The translations under genes were made by a program, and so were the position numbers. DNA of 63,444 bases, counting the filler, from Reclinomonas americana ATCC 50394 (Eukaryota), in the NCBI GenBank assembly GCA_048213135.1. It is 15 parts of 15 records of this genome, joined end to end, with 100 filler letters (N's around TTAATTAATTAA, not from the genome) between each part and the next. Parts side by side here need not be neighbours in the genome. Positions count along the whole stretch, not along the records: positions 18,732 to 24,609 come from AFZH01017589.1; positions 24,710 to 29,291 come from AFZH01017590.1; positions 29,392 to 32,065 come from AFZH01017591.1; positions 32,166 to 34,548 come from AFZH01017592.1; positions 34,649 to 45,853 come from AFZH01017593.1; 10 more parts are not named here. The stretch is one strand, 5' to 3'. This document shows positions 24,389 through 40,500 of the stretch, piece after piece. The first letter of the stretch is position 1. The number at the start of each line of letters is the position of its first letter. The notes beneath the pieces are model-generated. The model made no database searches and was not told where the DNA came from. It saw only the letters and a program-made list of their open reading frames with translations.

Positions 24389-24710
24389 GTGAGTGGCTGG
24401 GGAGGGATCGCGTTTCTTCGATTTCGGAACAACTTTCTTGCCTTGCCTCCGACTTCGTCTTCCCCATCGTCTTCCCCCATTATCTTCCCCCATCGTCTTC
24501 CCCCATCGTCTTCCCCCCTTTGTCTTTCCCCGTTTGTCTTTCCCCATCGTCTTCCCCCTTCCGTCTTCCCCCTTCCGTCTTCCCCCTTCCGTCTTCCCCC
24601 TTCGGTCTTNNNNNNNNNNNNNNNNNNNNNNNNNNNNNNNNNNNNNNNNNNNNTTAATTAATTAANNNNNNNNNNNNNNNNNNNNNNNNNNNNNNNNNNN
24701 NNNNNNNNNG

Positions 24711-25085
24711 GTCGACTTCGGTTGTGCGCAGAGTTGAGTTCCGCAGGCATGGTATCATGCAGCTGTCGGAGGAGTGTCAATGCAGAAGAGACACAGAATC
24801 GCAGAGTTAGTAGTGGCAGTGGTCGACTTCGCTTGTGCGCAGAGTTGAGTTCCGCAGGCATGGTATCATGCAGCTGTCGAAGGAGTGTCAATGCAGAAGA
24901 GACACAGTACCGCAGTGTTAGTAGTGGCAGTGGTCGACTTCCGCTTGTGCTCAGAGTTGAGTTCCGCAGACATGGTGCTGTCGAAGGAGTGTCGAATGCA
25001 GAAGAGACACAGTACCGCAGTGTTAGTAGTGGCAGTGGTCGACTTCCGCTTGTGCTCAGAGTTGAGTTCCGCAGACATGGGGCCA
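24711..25085. repeat. Tandem repeat, about 105-111 bp unit, about 3.5 copies
   Basis: GTCGACTTC...CAGAGTTGAGTTCCGCAG...GCAGAAGAGACACAG...TAGTAGTGGCAGTG starts at 24711, 24822, 24933 and 25038. Confidence 0.9.
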
Positions 25086-25209
25086 TCATGCATGTGCTGA
25101 TTTTGAACCCGCGATCACTGACTCATTGCAATTCCCCTCCCTTTCCTTCCTCTTCCCTTCCCCTTCCCTCTCCCCTCCCTTCTCCCTCCTCCCCCTCCCT
25201 CCTATCCAG

Positions 25210-25627
25210 ACTGACCCCTACTACCCCGGCGGCGAACTGGAGAAAAAATACAACTGCCGATACCTGAAACTGCGCTGCCCCGGCAAGCAGTTGCCCCCGG
25301 AAGAGGTGGTCCTGTCATTCGAACGCGCCGTCGTCGCCGTCGAAGCCGAGGCCGCCGAAACCGGCAAGACTCTCTACGTCGCCGTCCATTGCACACACGG
25401 CGTGAATCGCACTGGTGTGTACTCTTACGCAGGATAGCTGTCACTGCCGCAGCAGCAGCTCACTCTTGCGCGCATTACATGCAGGCTACATTGTCTGTCG
25501 CTTCCTCATGAACCGCAACCCGCAACTTACGGCCGACGAAGCCATTGCGCTATTCAACCGCGCACGCCGCCCACACAGCATCGAAGACGAACAGCTCATT
25601 GAGGCACTGCGAAGGCACGACCCGTGA
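25210..25627 (+). CDS. DUSP11/PIR1-like cysteine RNA 5'-triphosphatase, C-terminal exons (paralog 1)
   Basis: YY...YLKLRCPGKQLP...VAVHCTHGVNRTG|YIVCRFLM...AIALFNRAR..IE: the HCTHGxNRTG active site of the DUSP11/RNGTT-triphosphatase/baculovirus PTP group. Confidence 0.85.
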
Positions 25628-25678
25628 CAAACCAAATGAACGTCCAATGTGTCCCCTCGTCCTCATATTTCCTTCATC

Positions 25679-27758
25679 ATGAGCGCAGCAGCAGAGGCCA
25701 GCCCGCGACGAGTATGCCACTTTTTCAACACGCCACGCGGCTGTCGCAACGGCGACGCCTGTCCCTTCTTGCATGATGAAACAGCAACAGCAGTATCAAC
25801 AGTGACAGGAGTGTCTCCCAAGCTGTGTCGCGAGTTTGCCGCCACTGGCACCTGCAACGCCGGTGCTCGCTGTCGCTTCTCACACACTCTGTCCCCACAC
25901 GCCACACGGAGATCATCGCGCTCTTCCTCTTCACCCTCTTCTCCGGCACATGTGGGCGCGAGTATTCCCGCGCGCTGGCTCGTCTATCGCAAGTACGCGC
26001 AGCATGCAGTGGGCGACACAGTGCGTCTCTCTCTCTCAGTGACTGCGCGGCGAGGTGCCTATTCTGGTGATCTCTGACAACAAAGTGCAGATTGTTGTTC
26101 CGTGCAAGACCATGCTGCGAGCGGCGGAGGCCAGTGGGAGGGAGCACTTGGAGCGATTCTTTCGCGCGGGAAGTGGGGAGCTGGAGAGGCGCTATGCTGT
26201 GGATCTGGAAGAGGCGCGACGGAAGGATCCCGAGGCTGCGGAGCGCATGGAGGAGTTTGATGCAGAGGCGGACTACTCGTTTGATGGGGAGGAGTTGTTT
26301 GCGCACTTTAACAGTGGTGCGCAGCGTGTGGCGCTGGTGATTGACTTGACGGCGACAACGGTGAGGCGATGATACACACGAGGCGATGGCATGCTTAGGC
26401 CTGCTGAACTCCCCCTCTTTGTGGCCAGGTGCATCACTATTATGATGGGGAGGCGATGGCGGAGCGATTTGGGTGTCGGTATCGCAAGTTGCGGTGCGTG
26501 GGCAAGACGGTCCCGTCGGAGGCGAATGTGCGGGCGTTTTGCGCGGCGGTGCGGGAGGTGGAGGCGGAGGCGAGTGAGGTCAGCCGGCCGTTAGTGGTGG
26601 TGCATTGCACGCATGGAGTGAATCGGACAGGTGGGTGGAAGGGGAGAAGAAGGGGAAGGGAAGAGGAGAGGGACTGCAGGCAGAGCGAGTCCATAGTGTG
26701 ACAGGGGAGAGGGCTGTGGGAGTTTTCTGGGAGGCGGGTTGAATGTCTGGTTGTGTGTCTGTCTGTCTGCATGCCTGTTTGCGTTTGTTGATTCTCTTCT
26801 GTTGCCATCTTTTGTCTGTGAAGCTGTCGGGCTGTGTGCTTGTTGCCGGTTCTGGTGGCCTGTCTGCATGCCTGATTGCGCGCTTGTTGATGTCGTCCTT
26901 TGTTTGAAAGGCTGCGTGTCTGGTTGTGTGTATCGGTCAGCTTGTGCCGGTTCTGGTGGCCTGTCTGCATGCATGCCTGTTTGCGTTTGTTGATTCTCTT
27001 TTCTGTCGTCTTTGTCTGTGAGGCTGTCGAGTTGTGTGTTTTGTTGTGTGTCTATCTGTTGGTCGGCGTCTGCATGCCTGTTTGCGCGCTTGTTGATTTC
27101 TCCTTGTCTTGCGAGGCTGTCGGGCTGCGTCTGTTGCCGGTTCTGTTGGCCTGTTTGCACGCCTGATTTTCTTCTGTTGCTGTCTTCTTACTGTGAAGCT
27201 GTCGGGTTGTGTGTCTAGTTGTTTGTCCCTATGTTGCTTGGCGTCTGCCGGTGCTGGTGGCCTGTCTTCATGCCTGTGTGTGCGATAGTTGATTTGTTCC
27301 TCTAACCGTGCGAGATTGTCGGGTTGCGTGTCTGTTGCCGGTTCTGTTGGCCTGTTTGCACGCTAGTTGATTCTCTTCTGTTGCCGTCTTCTGTCTGTGA
27401 GGCTGTCGGGCTGCGTGCTTGTTGCCGGTTCTGGTGGCCTGACTGCGTGCCTGTTTGCGCGTCTGGTTGTCAGGCTCTTGAGTCTCACTCATCTGCCATC
27501 TCTTCTGTGGTTCTTACCTCTCTCCTCTTCCGTCTCCCTCTATCTCTCTCTCCCATCCTTCCCCTCTTCCTCCTCCTTCCCCTCATCGCCCCCTCCACAG
27601 GCTACATGGTCTGCCGCTACCTCATGGACTGCAACCCGCACATGTCCGCCGACGAAGCCATGGCGCTCTTCCACGAGGCCCGCGCACCGCACATTATCGA
27701 GAACGAGGAACTGCGCGAGGCGTTGCACCGAGTACGCGACAGCGCAGGAGATCGGTAA
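25679..27758 (+). CDS. Two CCCH zinc fingers fused to a DUSP11/PIR1-like RNA 5'-triphosphatase (paralog 2)
   Basis: CHFFNTPRGCRNGDACPFLH and CREFAATGTCNAGARCRFSH, then IPARWLVY...GDT|IVVPCKTML...LVIDLTATT|..YY...VVVHCTHGVNRTG|YMVCRYLM...FHEARAPHIIENEE. Introns restore the frame. Confidence 0.88.
26740..27470. repeat. Intronic degenerate tandem repeat (GCTGTCGGGCTG...TTGCCGGTTCTG(G/T)TGGCCTGT core)
   Basis: The TGCCGGTTCTG core and close variants recur about 6 times within the last intron of the CCCH-phosphatase gene. Confidence 0.85.
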
Positions 27759-27850
27759 ACCGCTAACAACAATTCATTCACCAACTAACAAGCAAGTCAG
27801 ACCATGTCAAGTCGTGAGGGCCGCTCAGTATCATGCCATCCGCCCTCACG

Positions 27851-28162
27851 ATCAAGCCTTGACCCGTCCGCCCTTGACCCTTGACTCTTCGGAAAACCAA
27901 TCATCGATGCAGCGACAACGAGAATGGTTCTTTCGTGTTTTCGCTCTGTGCGCCCTCGCGATCAAGTCTTGACTCGTCCGCCCCCGACTCTTGACCCTTT
28001 CCCCTCCCCCTTCGACCCTCGATCCTTGAAGGAAGACCAATCATCGTTGCAGTGACCGGTTTCTTGTTTTCGTTCTGTATCATGCTGTCCGCGCTCACGA
28101 TCAAGTCTCCACCCGTCCGCCCTCGACTCTTGACCCTTTCCCCTCCTCCTACGACCCTCGAT
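27851..28162. repeat. Three degenerate tandem copies (ATCAAG..TTGAC.CGTCCGCCC...CTTGACCC...)
   Basis: Copies start at about 27851, 27961 and 28100. Confidence 0.75.
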
Positions 28163-28627
28163 CGTTAGCAGCACATGCAGGAGGTCAACGATGACCAATA
28201 CGGTATACGTGACAACTGATGGTTCGGAAGACAAGAAAGCCTTCGATATCTCAACTGGCAAGTCGCCAAAGCACGAGCTCACCGAGTACTTCTCTCTCCT
28301 CTAATACACTTGCGCCCTCTCTGCACAACAGAAGCATTTAAAGTTAACGTGACACGACACACATTGAGCGGACTTGCCGGAAATGGAGTTCGCGAATCAT
28401 TCCACTCGATCGTTCACTCTCTCTCTCAACCACTCTTGTCACACCGCAGCAGTCGCACACACACAACACGTGCACTCGCTCTCGCAGAGTTCACACCTCG
28501 TGCAGTGCGCTTGCAACAACAACAACAACACAAACAGCAAACGGTCGCTCACAAACACCCTTGACAAGCAGCAACGCACCTGCTCTCTCTTTCTCTCTCA
28601 GTGTGTGGGTGTGTGTGCGCACACAAC

Positions 28628-33967
<5,340 letters not shown>

Positions 33968-34048
33968 TCGATAGTGTACAGATCTATGTTGAGAAACGCG
34001 GGAGAGCAATTGCAAGCGAGAAAGCGGACACAAAAACCGTTAAATAGG

Positions 34049-36207
34049 ATGTCTGCGCGCGCGGCTCGTCGTCCTCCTGGTGGCAACGGTTCTGCGGTGG
34101 CTGAGCTGCTCAACCCTGTCAATGGTTACCGTGACTCGTTGGTGCGCAAGGGCGTTCAGCCAAAGGTGCGAGATGAGGATGAAAAAGGGTGTTTTGTGGG
34201 GGAAACGGACACTAATCGTGCATGTGTGTGTGTGTAGGATCACATGCGAGAGAACCGTCGTCGTCTTAATCAACTGCAGCAAGCGAGACGCGATGAAGTC
34301 GAGGCTGCAGAGTTGACACCAGTTGCGCTCACACACTCTCATCTCTCTTTCTCTCTCTTTCACACACTCTCTCTCTCTCTCTCTCTCTTTCACACTCTTA
34401 CTATCTCTTGTCCTCGATCGTTCCCCCTCTTGTTGATTGATGCTGTTCTTCTCCTCTTCCTCCTCCTTCTCGTTTCTAATTGTGTTCTCGTTCTCTTCTT
34501 CTCCTCCTCCTCCTCCTCCTTCTTCTTCTTCTTCTTCTTCTTCTTCTTNNNNNNNNNNNNNNNNNNNNNNNNNNNNNNNNNNNNNNNNNNNNTTAATTAA
34601 TTAANNNNNNNNNNNNNNNNNNNNNNNNNNNNNNNNNNNNNNNNNNNNGTTCTTCTTCTTCTTCTTCTTCTTCTTCACTCTTCCTTCATCTTGATCGTCT
34701 TCTTTTTCTTCTTCTTCCTTTCCTTGTTCTTCTTCTCCTCCTCCTCTTCCTCGTCGTCCTTCTTCTTCTTCTTCGTCTTGTTCTTCTTCTTCTCCTCCTC
34801 CTCCTCCTCCTCCTCGTCCTTCTTCTTCATCATCATCCTCTTCTCCGTCTTCTTCGTCCTCTTCTTCTTCTCCTTCTTCTTCCTCCTCCTCCTCCTCCTC
34901 CTCCTTCTTCTTCTTCTTCTTCTTCTTCTCCTTATTCCCTTCCTCCTCACCCCCTCTCCCTTTCATCCCTCCCTTCTCACTTCTCCCTTCTTCCCTTCCC
35001 CCTTCTTCCCTTCTCTCCCCTCCGCCCAGCCCGAGAAGAAATCCCAAAAGTACGCCAACGTGGAGTCTCGTGTGCGCCCGTTCATGGTCGAGTCGCCGGC
35101 GGCGGTGACCACCACGCAGCAAACATACGCCGACGACGAGGACGAGTCACCTGCGCCGGCTCCAGTGGCGCGCCAGAGCTCATTCTTGCGCGCACACAGC
35201 AAGGAGAACATGCCGGCGCCACCGCCACCGGGCGAGACGAGCACCATGGCCGCCGAGCGCATGCGCATCAAGCCGGCAGTGCCGACTGTGACGGAGCTTG
35301 TTGCGTGACATACACGAGGCTTGAATACTTGCCGTGTGCTAATTCGTGGTTTGTGTGCGCAGCGAGAGGCGGCAGAGGCGGCCATGGAGCAGCAAATGCA
35401 GCAGGTACCGAAAGACTATCTGCGAGAGAATGCCGTGGGTGCCAAGCTGCACAAGAAGCCGGATGCACCGCCCACACGCGCGGATATCATGAGTCGGCCG
35501 GCGCACAGGAAGGGCGAGGTGCCGGAATAGTTGCGGAGCTGAAGAGGAAGGATTGATGGGAGAAAGGAGAAGGTGCTCACTGTCTGTCTACGCGCAGCTT
35601 GCAACAGAGAAAAGGCGAATGGGCTCGTGAGGCCGAGGAGGAGCGCGAGCGACAGGAGCGGTCGCACATTCCGCCGGGCATGACACAGGTGCCGGAGGAT
35701 GAGAGAGTACAAACGCTGGGCATGTTGACGCAGAGTTGCGTGCAAGGGGAGGAAGAGTGAGATCGCACGTCCTGTTTCTCTTTCACCCGCTCTCTCTCTC
35801 TCTCCTTTCTGTGTTTTCCTTGTTGTGCGCCTGCCTGCGGTGTCACGTGGATTCTTTCCACTCTTCAGCTTTGTCTTCCTTCTCCTTCATCTTTTGCCTT
35901 TCCTCTCTCCTCCCTGTGTTTCCTCCTTGTGTTCCAACTCCACGAGTACCGACTCGGTCAACTGTGTCCTCTTTCGTCTTCTTCCTCTGCCTTGTCTGTG
36001 ATCTATTTACCTGCTTCCCGGCTGACTGACTCTCTCATTCACCATGCAGAGCGCGCCGAGGTGCTGCGAGAGATCGGTGCGCTGCCTATCACACACGAGA
36101 CTCTGCGCATTCGGAAACGTCGCCAGGAGTTGGAGTCGCAACTGGGCGAGGTGGATGCGGCCATTGAGATCTTTTCCCGGCGCGTGGTCTTTGTCGCCGA
36201 CAGCTAA
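34049..36207 (+). CDS. ENKD1: Enkurin domain-containing protein 1 (ciliary/centrosomal)
   Basis: PK|DHMRENRRRL...KYANVESRV...DYLRENA...GEVPEYLQQRKGEW...IPPGMTQVPEDERVQTL...LPITHETLRIRKRRQELESQLGEVDAAIEIFSRRVVFV matches the ENKD1 N-terminal motif and the enkurin domain. Confidence 0.88.
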
Positions 36208-36606
36208 CGATGGTAGTGTCAATCTTATTGTTAGATATCAAGCTGTTATTCCTGTTCTTGTATAGCGAAAGAGAAAAGGCTCACCTCGTGGCGGGAGGTG
36301 TAAACGAATGTGAATGATGTTTACGGTGGTGGTGGAGAGTGGTTCCGCAGCGGTGACTTTGATGACAGGGGCTGGTGCGATCGCGCGCGCAACTACGGTC
36401 GACGTTATCTGCTTTTGCATTATCTTCACTATTGGAAGTTTTTGTCTCTCTCGCTCGGGGCTTGCGTTAACCGAGGCTCGAAAAGAAACCAAGTGACTCG
36501 AGCTCGTCATTGTGTTGACGCTGATCTCGCGGCGAAATTGTGCGTTTTTGACGCGTACGGTTTGCCATCCTCTGTCTCGCTGCGTCCACTGCGCAAGTCG
36601 AATCAC

Positions 36607-37551
36607 ATGCGTGTCTACTCCAGCGTCGCTCTCGTCGCGGTTGTCCTCTTAGTTGCCTGTGGCGCTGTCATGCGCTCTGCGAGTTGCGTCTCCGAGTTTA
36701 CGTGTGTGCGTGTGTGTGCGCGCGCGCGCGCGCGCGCGCTGGCCATGGCCTGCATATTCACGGATGCTGTCCTTGTCATTCTCCCTCTGTCGCCTGCAGA
36801 CGCGCAGACAGTGACCACTGCGGTTGCCAGTAGCATCACTGGCGCCGCTGGCACTTTGAATGCATTGGTCAATGCCAACAATGTCGCGGGCGGTACCACG
36901 AACTCGTTCGAGTGGTCTCCCTATGCCGCCGCCCTTGGCACCTCGTCAGCCACTGTGTCCACATTCGTGGGCACCGCTGGCTCGTCGGGAACTACGAACG
37001 CTGTGGGGGCAAGTGCGCGACTGAATACGCCAATGGTGAGCGTCGTCTGCTGAATGTTACATTGCCTGTGCCTTTTCCCAAACACTCACCTTGTTTCTCC
37101 TCGCAGGGACTGGCCTTCGACGGCACAGGCAACTTGTATGTGGGCGACTATGGGTTTGTTTTGCATTCCATCTGTCGATTGCATGTTCGCTCTCTTTCTT
37201 GCTCACTCTTTGCGTGACGATGACAGTAACTGTAGCATTAGACGTGTCACCCCAGCAGCGACAGTGACAACCTTTGCGGGTGGCACATGCGGCCTTGTGA
37301 ACGGCACAGGAGTGGCAGCTCAGTTCAAGAAGTGCGTCTTGTCTCTCTCACTTTCCCTTCTCCCTCATTCTCTCTTCACCAACAAGCGGGCACACAGTGT
37401 TGCCGGTCTGGCCATTGACCAGAGCACGGGCACCATGTATGTCGCCGACGTAAGTGTGCTGCGTGCGTGAGTGATCTCTGTGGAGCCCGAGGCGTGTGCT
37501 GACGTTCTCTCTCTATCACTCTCTCTCTCTCTCTGTCTCTCTCTGTCTCTG

Positions 37552-37585
<34 letters not shown>

Positions 37586-40500
37586 TCTTTCCTGTCACAG
37601 TTGATGAACCACGCGGTGCGCGCCGTGACCACCGCCGCCGTGGTCACCACGCTGGCGGGAAACGGCGCATCGGGAAGTGCCAATGGCACGGGTGCTGCGG
37701 CGTCCTTCAATCAGCCCATGGGCATCGTGGTGGACTCCGCGAACCAAGTGGTGTATGTGGCCGACTGGCTCAACAGCACCGTGCGGCGAGTGACCTATGC
37801 GGGCGTGGTGACGACATTCTGTGGCACGATGGGCTCGAGTGGCATGGAGGATGGTGCATGTGTGGGAACGGCGCGATTCAGTGGTCCCAATGGCCTGCTT
37901 CTTGTCGGAACGACGCTGTACGTTGGTGAGCTGCACTCTCTTCCAATCAACTTGCATCGATCTCTTCTCATGTTTGTGTGTGGGGCAGTGGATCGCGTGA
38001 ACCACTCGATTCGGGCCATCAACACGCTGGCAATGACGGTGTCGACAGTGGCGGGGTCGACGAGTGGTGTGACTGGATCGCTGGATGGCGTCGGTGAGTT
38101 CGTTTGCTTGCTTACCAGCATGCAGGCACATGTTGGTCTCATTCAGTTGGTAAACAGGAATTGCCGCTCGCTTCAACACGCCGGTGGGGATCGCTTACGA
38201 TGCCGGAAACAATGTCATCTACATTACCGATGTTGAGTATCGTATCTCCTCACCCACATGGTGCCGATGTTATCGCCTCGTGCGTCTGAGTTCGCCTCTC
38301 ACAGTCTGCCAACAACACTGTTCGACAAATGCGAGTATCGGACTCGACAGTGAGCACCATCGGCGGCGCGGCAGGTGTGAGTGGCTCAGCCAATGGCAGC
38401 GCGCTGACCACGGCACGCTTCAACTCGCCTCTGTTCATCGCCTTTGACGCGTCGACCGCATCGATGGTGGTGACCGACTTCAACACCCACATTGTCCGTC
38501 GCCTCTCGCTGGCGTCGCAGTCGGTGTCGGCCATACCCACCACCGCCACTGGCTCTGTCGCCACTTCAATCACCGCTTCGCTGAGTGGGTTGGTGAACAA
38601 CTGGACGTTCTACTATCGCGCCGTCGGCACCACCTCGACGCCCAGCACCATCAATGGTGCCACCTCCTCGTTCACTACCGCCACCAATGTGGCGCCGACC
38701 AACATCACCTGCTCACCGACGACGTATGCTTCGCCATCGGTGGCGAACCAAGTCGTGTGCACGCTGCAGACGACGGACAGCAACGCAGGCCAGTCGTTCA
38801 CGTACTCGATTGTCGGTGGTGCGAACAGCGCCGTGTTTTCGATCAGCGGGCAGTCGCTGGTGATTGTGGCGGCGGGCCAGTCAGGCAGCCCGCTGGCGGT
38901 GACGATTCGGTCGACAGATGATGGATCACCGGCGTTGTTTTTCGACAAGGCGTTCACCATCACCACAGGTGTGTGATGACAGATCTCCTTTTCCCGCTCC
39001 CTTCTTCGTTTTTTTCTCCTTCTTCGCTTTCCTCTTCCTTCCCCTCCTTCCTCTTTATCTGTCTCTTTTCCCCATTTTCTCCAACTCGTCCATGCTCATT
39101 GACCGTATACCTCACTTTGTGGTCTTGTGTGTATTGCAGCCACTCAATCGCTGGCCACACTGGCACCAAGTAGTGTGACGACCTCGTCGGCGACACTGAA
39201 TGCTCTGGTGGGCAACAGTGTGGCCGCCTCAACTGTGAGCAACTCGTTTGAGTGGGCGCCGACATCGGCTGCACTCGGTGTTACATCAACGGTATCAACG
39301 TGGCTCGGCACGGCTGGCATGTCGGGTTCGACAGATGGCACAGGGGCTGCTGCGCGTTTCTGGAATCCAATGGTTTGTTTATGGGTTGCAGGCTTGTCCT
39401 GCTGATGCTGCTGCTGCACTCACACGCAGATGTAGTGCGTCGCAGTCGGTGCTTCCGGCACTGTGTTTGTGTGCGACCAGTTCAATCACACGATCAGACG
39501 CGTGACGAGTGGCGGTGTTGTGACGACAGTTGCCGGAACAGTGGGTGTCGCAGGATTCGTCGATGGGGTCGGCGCCTCGGCGCAGTTCAATCGTCCTGGT
39601 GACATGGCAGTGGATCCGGTAACTGGATACTTGTACATTGCTGATGTTGCGTGTTGGTTCTGCCAAGAGTGAGGCGTCTCTGTTAACTCATTCGCTTCGC
39701 TCTCCAGCACTTCAACCACTCGATTCGTGTGTGCACTGCGTCCGGCTCTGTTTCAACTCTCGCTGGTGATGGGACGCAAGGCACTTCGGATGGCACTGGG
39801 TCGAGCGCAAGATTCTTCCGTCCGCATGGTGTCGTTGTTGATGCAGTCAACAAAGTGGCGTACATTGGAGACATGAACAACGCCGCTGTCAGGAAGGTGT
39901 GTAGGCTGATTAACGCTCTGTTCTCGAGAATGATTGAGTAATCTGTTGTGTTTGTGTTTCGAAGGTCACTTATGGTGGTGAGGTCACCACCTACTGTGGT
40001 ACGATTGGGTCGTCGGCGACAGTTGATGGGCCATGTGCAACGACAGCAAGATTCGGTTCACCGATGGGCATGGCTCTGGACACGACGGCCAACATGCTGT
40101 ACGTCGGTGTGTTGTATCCTCTGGTGATCAGTGATGTGTTTGGGATCCGCACCCACTCCGTGGGTGTTTGAACAGCCAATCGGAATCACCACAATATCCG
40201 CGCCATTGATATGGTGGGCATGACTGTGTCCACTCTGGCCGGCTCGCTCACGGCGGCAACTGGGTCAACAGATGCCGTCGGGACGGCGGCCCTGTTCAAC
40301 CTAGCGGTCAGTGTCCAGCTGGATCGCGGACGAGGAGTTCTTTACGTGTCGGATGTTGCGTGTGTCGGAGTACGTTTCATAATGGCATGGACCTTTTTTG
40401 TAACACGGCACACAGGCCCTCAACAGTACCATTCGTCAAATTGTGATCGGTACCGGTGCTGTCACGACTATTGCTGGCGCTGCTGGAGTATTATCGACAG

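Noticed and set aside
24711..25085. Regularly spaced repeats resembling a CRISPR array
   Set aside because: The whole unit is repeated with no unique spacers, the context is a eukaryotic intron, and no cas genes are present.
35528..35530. In-frame TAG in ENKD1 (and at 46523-46525 in the cathepsin), suggesting stop-codon reassignment
   Set aside because: Both are TA|GT exon-intron junctions. Splicing restores Tyr codons, and genes end in ordinary TAA/TAG/TGA.
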